From an uncultured delta proteobacterium (GTDB lineage Bacteria; Myxococcota_A; Polyangia; Fen-1088), in assembly GCA_963796685.1 (NCBI GenBank), contig CAWCMR010000025.1, forward strand, positions 1,216,001 through 1,280,000: DNA of 64,000 nt, given 5' to 3'. A program made the position numbers and the translations under genes. The notes below the pieces were generated by a model, which worked only from the letters and a program-made list of their open reading frames with translations, made no database searches and had not been told where the DNA came from. The number at the start of each line of letters is the position of its first letter. The first letter of the stretch is position 1. Of this stretch, positions 56,566 to 64,000 are shown piece after piece.

Positions 56566-56934
56566 ATGCGAAGGTCACTTCTCGTCTTGGCTCTGATGAT
56601 TTCTGGAGTTGGGTGCGGAAGCACCGACAGCGTGCTGCAAGTCAACCTGGATCCCTCGACCGTCAGCTCTGTGACCTTGTTGGCATCACAGGCCACGATC
56701 GGTGGCGAATCGCGCACCATGGATATTGCATCGCCTGATGGCCAGCCAATCTCTCTATCGGATGGAACCAGCTACACCATCGAGATCCCGCACCAGTACT
56801 CGGGCGCGGTGCAGGTGTTCGTGGCGGGCCTCGACGCCAACAACACCGTAGTTCTCAATGGCACCGGCGGTTTGGACTCGCTCGATCAGAGCCAAGTGAA
56901 CAGCGTGCAAGTTTCTTGGCAACCGACCCCATAG
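56566..56934 (+). CDS. Putative lipoprotein
   Basis: MRRSLLVLALMISGVGC lipobox-like leader; AAGGGGA RBS. Confidence 0.7.
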   Translation: MRRSLLVLALMISGVGCGSTDSVLQVNLDPSTVSSVTLLASQATIGGESRTMDIASPDGQPISLSDGTSYTIEIPHQYSGAVQVFVAGLDANNTVVLNGTGGLDSLDQSQVNSVQVSWQPTP

Positions 56935-57017
56935 CCACCGTGGTGGCCGCCTGGGTTCTCGAGCATCCGCTCGATGGCTTCATCTGCCTCCCTGCGGTCT
57001 ACGTCCGTTCACCCTCA

Positions 57018-57857
57018 TCACCTTCGCACCTTCGCCATCATGTTCCGCCGCAACTCACCAAGACGGATCCGCAAACGCTTGAACCGACCAGGTCTGGGGT
57101 AATTGAAGTAGATTTCCCACGGATGACGATAGTCTTCGTGAACTCGATTGAAGAAAGCTTTCACGCCCTCGCCGCGCCGGAACAGGTCGCGCGTCATCAA
57201 GAGTCGGTCATCCCACTGCTGAACGTGAAACACGCGCCAGTCGAGACTGTCGTAGCGGCGGATGCCGAACAGATTCCTCTTCCGGAGCTTCTCCTCGACT
57301 GCCCACTCGGAGTGATAGCGGTAGGCCCCCGTGCTGACTAGCCCATCCGCTGGGTTGCAGACGAGCGCATCTTCCCAGAATTTTTTCGCAATGAGGGCAC
57401 AATTGTTACTAAAGCGCTGTGTCCGTAGATACCTGCCTGCGACGAGCTCCTGGTCGGCCCGAAACCTGAGACCGCAGGCGCTGAAGAAGACACACCCATC
57501 CTGCCCCATGTAACTGAAGACGTCCTCGAACCACCTATCTTCGCCTGGTCCAGAGCGAAAAGGCAGCGTATCGAGATGGGCGAAAAAGAGGAACTCTCCC
57601 TTCGTGCGCCCGACCATCCGTTTCAAGATCGCGGTTTCGTTGTTGCGAAGGTCGTCCCCTTCCTCGGGGAATATCGGGGTAAAGGGAACCCCGAAACTGG
57701 CCGCCACCTTGGCGACCTCTTCTTTGATCTTCTGGTCGTCACGAATATAGACGACAAGCTCCAGCGGCAAAACCGTCATGAACTCGAGCCAATCGCGGAG
57801 GATGATTGAGTGATGCGGCTCGAGGACATTGGTCAGGTACGTGTAAGATATGCTCAC
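57018..57857 (-). CDS. Hypothetical protein, possibly a GT-A-fold glycosyltransferase
   Basis: Long ORF with KGEFLFFAHLDT resembling a DxD region. Start uncertain. Confidence 0.5.
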   Translation of the reverse strand: MSISYTYLTNVLEPHHSIILRDWLEFMTVLPLELVVYIRDDQKIKEEVAKVAASFGVPFTPIFPEEGDDLRNNETAILKRMVGRTKGEFLFFAHLDTLPFRSGPGEDRWFEDVFSYMGQDGCVFFSACGLRFRADQELVAGRYLRTQRFSNNCALIAKKFWEDALVCNPADGLVSTGAYRYHSEWAVEEKLRKRNLFGIRRYDSLDWRVFHVQQWDDRLLMTRDLFRRGEGVKAFFNRVHEDYRHPWEIYFNYPRPGRFKRLRIRLGELRRNMMAKVRR

Positions 57858-57964
57858 TTCGAAAGATCTAGCGGGATTACACGAGTTGTCAAGCCGGGCT
57901 GGTCGTCTGAGCATCTTTCCATTACGCCTGCGTGCAGAGCGAAAGTACTTTAGACTTGCGGCCG

Positions 57965-58975
57965 ATGACTGCGTCGACGGAACGGAAGATTGCCCTGGCA
58001 GCGATTGGCCGCAACGAGGGGGCGCGGCTAAAGGCCTGCCTGCGCGCAGCTTCCGGGCAATTTTCTGTGATGGTGTACGTCGACTCGGGGTCGAGCGATG
58101 GCAGCCCGGACGTAGCCCGCGCCGCTGGCTGCGTGGTCGTAGAGCTAGACCGCTCAATGCCGTTCTCGGCTGCGCGGGGACGCAACGAGGCTTTTGCCGA
58201 GTTGATGCGCGTGGCTCCGGATGTAGACCTGATTCAATTCCTGGACGGCGACTGCGAGCTCGAGCCGGGATGGATTGCCGCGGGCTGCGCTCTGCTCGAC
58301 GTCAGGCCAGATGTGGGCATCGTTTGCGGGCAGGTGCGTGAGCTGCACCCGGACGAGACGCGCTATAACAAATTGTGCGACCTCGAGTGGCGCATGCCCG
58401 CGGGTGAGGCGAAGTCCTCCGGTGGGCGCTTTCTGATTCGCACCCAGGCGTTTCAGGCTTCTGGCGGATTTCGCGAAGATGTCATCGGCGCCGAGGACGA
58501 TGAGTTCTGCATCCGCGTGCGTCGCGCGGGTTGGAAGGTGTGGGTGCTCGATGCCCCAATGGCCGCGCACGACGCGGCGATGACGAAGTTCGCGCAATGG
58601 TGGGCCAGGATGCGGCGCGCTGGCCACGCCTACGCACAGGTGTCCGAGCTGCACGGTGGGCCGCCCGAGTTCTACTTCGTACGCGAGCGCAGGCGCGTCT
58701 TCGTGTGGGGACTGGCTATTCCGCTTGCGGCGATCGCGCTGTCCTGGGGAACCTCGGGCCTGTCGCTGGGTGCGTGGCTCGCTCTGATCGCATGGCAGTA
58801 TCTGCGGATCGTGAAATACGGCCGACGTCGTGGGTGGAGCGGCGCGGACGCTCGTCTTTATGCGCGGTTCACGGTGCTGGCAAAGTTCGCTGAGATGCAC
58901 GGGATGCTGTCGTACTATTGGCGTCGGCTCCGCGGGGTGCGCATCACCATCATCGAGTACAAGAGGGGCGAATGA
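57965..58975 (+). CDS. Glycosyltransferase family 2
   Basis: IGRNEG, YVDSGSSDGS, AARGRN, FLDGDC, AEDDE, QWWAR. Confidence 0.9.
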   Translation: MTASTERKIALAAIGRNEGARLKACLRAASGQFSVMVYVDSGSSDGSPDVARAAGCVVVELDRSMPFSAARGRNEAFAELMRVAPDVDLIQFLDGDCELEPGWIAAGCALLDVRPDVGIVCGQVRELHPDETRYNKLCDLEWRMPAGEAKSSGGRFLIRTQAFQASGGFREDVIGAEDDEFCIRVRRAGWKVWVLDAPMAAHDAAMTKFAQWWARMRRAGHAYAQVSELHGGPPEFYFVRERRRVFVWGLAIPLAAIALSWGTSGLSLGAWLALIAWQYLRIVKYGRRRGWSGADARLYARFTVLAKFAEMHGMLSYYWRRLRGVRITIIEYKRGE

Positions 58976-61119
58976 ACGAAACCGTTGCGGCGCTTCGGCC
59001 CGCGAGAACAAGGCGTGTGGCGCTTTTGGGGGCTGGATATATCGCCGACTGGCATGCGCAGGCTTTGAAGTCGGTTGCCGGCGTGGAGCTGGTTGCTGTC
59101 TGTGATCAAGCGCAAAGCAAGGCCGAGGCGTTGGCGACACGGTTTGGTGTGCCCAGCGTTTATGGCTCGCTTGCCACGATGCTGGAGGGGGAGAAACTCG
59201 ACGCTGTGCATGTGTTGACGCCGCCAGACCGGCACCATCAGACAGCGCGTGCGGTCATTGATGCCGGCGTCGGCGTGTTTCTCGAGAAACCGATGTGCAC
59301 GCGAGTCGAAGACTGTAACGACCTATTGCAGCATGCTAACGCATGCGGCGTGCGCCTTGGCATCGGGCACAACTTCCTTTTTGCCCCGATCTATGAGCAA
59401 CTGCGCCAAGCGGTGCGTTCAGGGCGTTTGGGTCGCATCGACCAGGTGACGGTCAGTTGGCGCAGGCCGCTGCCGCAGGCGCTCTTCGGCCCTTTCGACA
59501 TTTGGATGCTGCGCGATCCACGCAACATCCTGCTTGAAATCGGCTCGCATCCCCTGTCCTGTGTCCTGGACCTTGTCGGCGAGCCCGCCTGGCGCAGGGC
59601 CAATGCTTTCAACGCAATCACCCTGCCGACAGGACGCAGATTCTATCGACATTGGGCAATGGATGGCGAGGTTGGCGCTACTGCCGTCGATGTGCGGTTA
59701 TCGTTCGCGCCCGGCTTCAGTGAGTTCGCCATCGACGTTCGCGGCTCGATTGCCGCGGCGGCTGTCGATTTCGATCGCAACACCTTTGTGCTTCGCGAAC
59801 CGAAGCCCAAGGATCCCGACTTTGAGATCTATTCGATCGTGACGGGACAGGCGCGTGCCATGCGCGCGCAGGCTCGCGCCACACTCGGAGCCTACATTCG
59901 GTCGAAGGTCGGACTGACCCGGCGTGGTAATCCCTACGGCCAGAGCATTGCGCGCGCTTTGGACGCCTACTATGGCGACAAAGCATTGGACCCGCGCCTA
60001 GAAGGCACGCTCGGCGCCCGAATCATTACTATTGGCCAACAGCTGGGGGCGCTCGCGCAATTGCCCTCCGCGGAGCTTGGCGAGCCGCCATCGGTTGCGT
60101 TTCCAGGGCCTGCGTCGCCGCGAATTCTCGTGCTCGGCGGGTCCGGCTTCATCGGGCGCGAGTTGCTACGGCAGTTGATCCTTTCTGGACATGAAGTGCG
60201 CGCGCTGGTCCGCAGCGCGGCCGCTATTCCGCTAGAATTGAAGCAGTCGGGAAAGCTCGAGCTGGTCCGCGGGGACATCGCCAATAGACAGGATTTGCTG
60301 CGTGCGTTGGCGGGAATCGAGACTGTCTTCCACCTGGCTCGCGCAAATGTAAAAAGCTGGGCCGATTACCAGCGACTCGAAATTGCCGCAACCGAGCGTG
60401 TCGCCGAGGTTGCGCTGGAAGCAAACATCAAGCGATTCATCTACACCGGCACCATTGATTCGTACTACGCAGGCGCGCGGGCCGGCGTCATCACCGAGGC
60501 CACTCCGCTGGATCCCGGGATCGAGCGACGCAATCTCTATGCGCGGGCCAAGGCCGCATCGGAAGTCTTGCTCATGCGCATGCACAAGGAACGGGGGTTG
60601 CCACTCGTGATCGTGCGTCCTGGCGTGGTGATCGGCCGCGGCGGCAGTCCCTATCACTGGGGCGTGGGAATGTGGCGACACGATGGCGTATGCGAGGTGT
60701 GGGGCGAAGGCAGCAACCCGCTGGCGCTGACGCTCGTGCAGGATGTGGCTGCCGGGCTCATTTTGTGCATGTCAACCCAGAACATCGAAGGCCGCAGCTT
60801 CAATCTCATTGGCGATGCGACGTTGACCGCGCGCGAGTATCTGGACGAGCTCGATCGCGCCGCTGGCATTCGCATCGAGCAGCGCTACACGTCCATCGCC
60901 CATTTCTACGGCGGCGATCTGGTGAAGTGGATCGTCAAAACGCTGGTTCGCCATCCCGAGCGCCGCGTTCCTTCGTGGCGCGACTGGGAAGGGCGCACGC
61001 AGAAGGCTCGATTCGACTGCACGGCCGCAAAAACCGTGCTCGGGTGGAAACCATGTGCCGATCGCACCGAGTTGATTCATCTCGGTATCGATGAACCGGT
61101 AAGGGAGTTCGTATTGTGA
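58972..61119 (+). CDS. Gfo/Idh/MocA oxidoreductase fused to an NAD-dependent epimerase/dehydratase
   Basis: GAGYIA, LEKP, then a second Rossmann motif GGSGFIG, YARAK, VRPGVVIG. Confidence 0.88.
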   Translation: MNETVAALRPARTRRVALLGAGYIADWHAQALKSVAGVELVAVCDQAQSKAEALATRFGVPSVYGSLATMLEGEKLDAVHVLTPPDRHHQTARAVIDAGVGVFLEKPMCTRVEDCNDLLQHANACGVRLGIGHNFLFAPIYEQLRQAVRSGRLGRIDQVTVSWRRPLPQALFGPFDIWMLRDPRNILLEIGSHPLSCVLDLVGEPAWRRANAFNAITLPTGRRFYRHWAMDGEVGATAVDVRLSFAPGFSEFAIDVRGSIAAAAVDFDRNTFVLREPKPKDPDFEIYSIVTGQARAMRAQARATLGAYIRSKVGLTRRGNPYGQSIARALDAYYGDKALDPRLEGTLGARIITIGQQLGALAQLPSAELGEPPSVAFPGPASPRILVLGGSGFIGRELLRQLILSGHEVRALVRSAAAIPLELKQSGKLELVRGDIANRQDLLRALAGIETVFHLARANVKSWADYQRLEIAATERVAEVALEANIKRFIYTGTIDSYYAGARAGVITEATPLDPGIERRNLYARAKAASEVLLMRMHKERGLPLVIVRPGVVIGRGGSPYHWGVGMWRHDGVCEVWGEGSNPLALTLVQDVAAGLILCMSTQNIEGRSFNLIGDATLTAREYLDELDRAAGIRIEQRYTSIAHFYGGDLVKWIVKTLVRHPERRVPSWRDWEGRTQKARFDCTAAKTVLGWKPCADRTELIHLGIDEPVREFVL

Positions 61120-61209
61120 TGGCGGAAGTAAGCGCGACGCCCGGGTGAACGACGCCCCTTTCGGGACGTCGCCTCCAGGAGACCCAAACTAGGACTGAAC
61201 GCAGCCGCG

Positions 61210-63127
61210 TCAGTTCGTCAGCGGTTTGGCGCCCTTGAATCCATTGGATGATCCCGTCACATATGCCTGACAGGTTCCTCCCGAGAGGGGGCATTCGACG
61301 CTCCCGTCCTTCCATGACCACCACAGCCAACTCATGCCATCCGCTGCTGCCTGATCGATCTCCGCCTGGTAATCACCGGCCGTGTCGCCCGGATAGTTGT
61401 CGATGCCGATCTCGATGGGGAACGACTGGGTTGCGGCAAATTGATGGATAGCTTGCGCTCCCGTGAGAGCTTCCGCTTTTGCCGAGGAGCAAGTCACCTT
61501 GCCACGCATTGTAATATCCATCGCTCGTGCCCCAGTACGCTTGCCATCCGAACATCGTCTGGGGGTTGCCATTCACCTTCACGCTGTCCACGGCGCGAAT
61601 GGCATTCCCGTATTCGGTGATACAGTACAGGTCGCGGCCTGAATAGTTGGCCATGATCTCGAGTGGATTCGTGTAACCTTGCGTTCGGAAGAACTGGATG
61701 TTGGTCTTGGCGGCACCAGCCCAGACCGCGCGCACGGCCTCGGTACTGGCATCCCCAGTGCTGATGAACTCCTGTCCCGCGTCTATGATCACATTGCTGC
61801 GGTACTTGTTCATCAAGTCTTTGAGCCACTGGCGGCTCCACACGGCCAGGTAGCAAGACGATGGAGTATCGGTGGAGCAGGTGTCCCCAACGGGGGACGT
61901 CAGAGAGTAGAAATTCCCTCCACCCAGCGCGCTGGAGATAAGGTGGTTTTGGGACGAATCCCAAGTAAAGAGAGATACCCAAACCAGCATGTGATTGGCA
62001 ACGGCCTTGGCGAGAAGCGTATCGAATCCGGCCGGCGTCATGCCGTTCGCCGCATCGAGTGTCAACAGCATACGCATGGCATTTGCCCCCAGCGCGGTCA
62101 TTGTGTCGATCTCCCCGGTCTGGTCCGCGCCAGCCATGACATCCTCGGGACCGCGCGCAACGATGACCTTTCCGGCCGCATCGTAGATCTCGTTGCCGAT
62201 CAGTTGGATGCTCCCGCTGTGGGTGCTGGTGGAGGAGCCGCCCGTGCCGACGGAGCCGCCCGTGCCGACGGAGCCGCCCGTGCCGACGGAGCCGCCCGTG
62301 CCAACGGAGCCGCCCGTGCCGACGGAGTTGCCCGTGCCGACGGAGTTGCCCGTGCCGACGGAGTTGCCCGTGCCGACGGAGTTGCCCGTGCCGACGGAGC
62401 CACCCGTGCCAACAGAGCCACCTGTACCGGATGAGCTGCAAGCAGCCTGCATATACAGACGCTTAGCCGTGCCCTGACACGGGTCACCAAACGATGAGTT
62501 GTTTGCGCTCACGTTGCAGCTGGCCTTTCCCATGCAGGCCTTCGAAGCCACCGACATGGAGGTCGAAGCGTCACAACTACCTTTGGCGAAAGTTCCGCAG
62601 GAGCCCGATGGCGTCCCATAGCTGGCGAACCCAATAGCCGAGATGGTCTGCCCGGACGGACAGGCCAGCGCCATGCTCGTGTCCTCATTGACTGTGCCGC
62701 AGATGGATGCGCTGCAGGTCACTTGCGCGTAGAGTCGCTTGGCCGTCCCTTGGCATGGATCGGTAAACGTGGCGTTGCTTGCGCTCACGCTACAGCTGGA
62801 CTTGCCGATGCAGGCGTGCGAAAGCACCGACATGGAGGTCGAAGCGTCGCAGCTACCTTTGGCGAAGGCTCCGCAGGAGCCTGATGGTGTGCCATAGCTT
62901 GCAAACCCGACAGCCGTGATGGTCTGCCCGGACGGACAGGCCAGCGCCATGTTCGCGTCCTCGTTGACTGTCCCGCAGACGGACGGTGTGGCGGCCGCAT
63001 ACAACTGGGCCTGCGGCTCGCCGGTAGAATCGCCAGGGCCCACACATGACGACTGGGTCAGGGCTGCAATGGATACGGTGAAGAGTGCACAGATCAATCC
63101 CGTAACATGAACTCGTTTGCGCGTCAT
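61210..63127 (-). CDS. Secreted protein with two SUEL/galactose-rhamnose lectin domains, a Gly linker and a GH5-like domain; frameshift near 61470
   Basis: Two copies of [40 protein letters not shown]5-like GANAMR, AGQEF and WLWWSW. The C-terminal part is in ORF 61210..61572. Confidence 0.7.
62234..62428 (-). repeat. Coding 18-bp tandem repeat x11 ([12 protein letters not shown])
   Basis: GGAG(C/T)(C/T)GCCCGTGCCGAC repeated on the + strand. Confidence 0.92.
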
Positions 63128-63732
63128 CGGCGCCTCCTTGAAGGTGGGCAGTTGATAATTGCGAGGCGCCCAACAAGGGCATCTCGAAGAGCGGCATAGG
63201 AGCAAGGGTAATGACTCGCAGCCGAACTACGCGATTACGTAGAGCAGCGCAACTCCGAGTCTCTCGATATGTCCAGCCATAACGGGTAACTATCTACTTT
63301 AATACCTAAATATGGCCAGAGCGCGGTGTGGGGGGCAGTGGTACACTGAAGTCGTTCGAGACCACGCATCTCTCCTGTCAAATTGGAGACCCACTTCGGA
63401 GAGCCGCCATGGCCCATCCGCGCTAGCCAGCAAATCCAAATTGGCAGTAAGTTCCGAAGCCGAAGCTCCGTGGCGCTAAGTAGTCCTCCATCCCGAGCAA
63501 CGGACCCCGCAGCGCCTCTATTGGATACGGCAGATCAGCCCGCCACTATAGTAGGCAAGGAGCCGATGTTCCTGTCGGACGGTCATACCCGCAGCGTAGT
63601 CCTGCCTCCTACAGCGCAGGGCCAGCGGCACTTGGGGCCAATACGAGTGAAACTGCGCTTCCCCCGGGACATCACACTGCTCGGGCCGGAGAGCGGACCG
63701 ATCCCACTATTACAGCTTATAGGCGGGAGCTC

Positions 63733-64000
63733 TCAATCCTTAGGGACGCGGTCGTTGTTACGTTCTCCAGTTCTACCTGTACGCACCCAAAGTCGTGGTG
63801 CTCGGTGAAAGAGATGGGCCGCGTAAAGCGGTACCTTCCACGTCAAATACAGGGGCAGCCCCGCAAGGGTTCGCAAGGGCAATGTCTTGCGCGCAAATCG
63901 ATACCAAGCTATCCCGACAGCCACGACGAGACAGATGGTCCCGCCGCCCAAGGCAAACAGGGGAGCTGTCCATCCACCCAGTACCGCACAGAGTGCGCTG
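63733..64000 (-). CDS. 3' end of a probable GT2 glycosyltransferase (partial)
   Basis: TM segment followed by LPLYLTWKVPLY...WVRTGR, a common GT2 C-terminus. Confidence 0.6.
   Translation of the reverse strand, partial: SALCAVLGGWTAPLFALGGGTICLVVAVGIAWYRFARKTLPLRTLAGLPLYLTWKVPLYAAHLFHRAPRLWVRTGRTGERNNDRVPKD

Noticed and set aside
61145-61175. Intrinsic terminator between convergent genes
   Set aside because: The hairpin CGACGCCC/GGGACGTCG is imperfect and has no U-tract on either side.
62234-62428. CRISPR array (also considered for 15336-15706)
   Set aside because: Head-to-tail in-frame coding repeats without unique spacers; no cas genes.

Overview
GC-rich bacterial window, probably Myxococcota (inferred from Gly/Ser/Thr-linker secreted proteins and a TPR protein plus lipoprotein pair). 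It is a large, IS-riddled Wzx/Wzy-type exopolysaccharide locus: a degenerate BY-kinase, two deacetylases, three GT4 and two GT2 glycosyltransferases, a Wzy/ligase, a flippase, a nucleotide-sugar dehydrogenase, epimerases and an ATP-grasp/LMW-PTP fusion. Embedded in it is a TE-less hybrid NRPS-PKS (A-T-KS-AT-ACP-aminotransferase plus C-A-T-C) with a PPTase, two JmjC-like cupins, a CocE/NonD hydrolase and a pair of atypical alpha/beta-hydrolases. The best candidate for an undescribed system is a thiotemplated line that builds a Val-derived beta-amino acyl-Gly unit and transfers it onto the surface polysaccharide (inference). The sequence directly shows that this module existed twice and decayed reciprocally: one copy kept the megasynthases, while the inverted copy kept the hydrolases and an in-frame-deleted mini-NRPS. 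Also present are ISL3, three ISAzo13-family elements, an IS1182/IS5-like element, IS1380 and IS66 remnants, repeat-flanked GxxExxY and four-helix-bundle remnants, three paralogous secreted esterases, a PP2C/anti-sigma/STAS partner-switch module and a lectin-GH5-like gene. No rRNA, tRNA or CRISPR array was seen.
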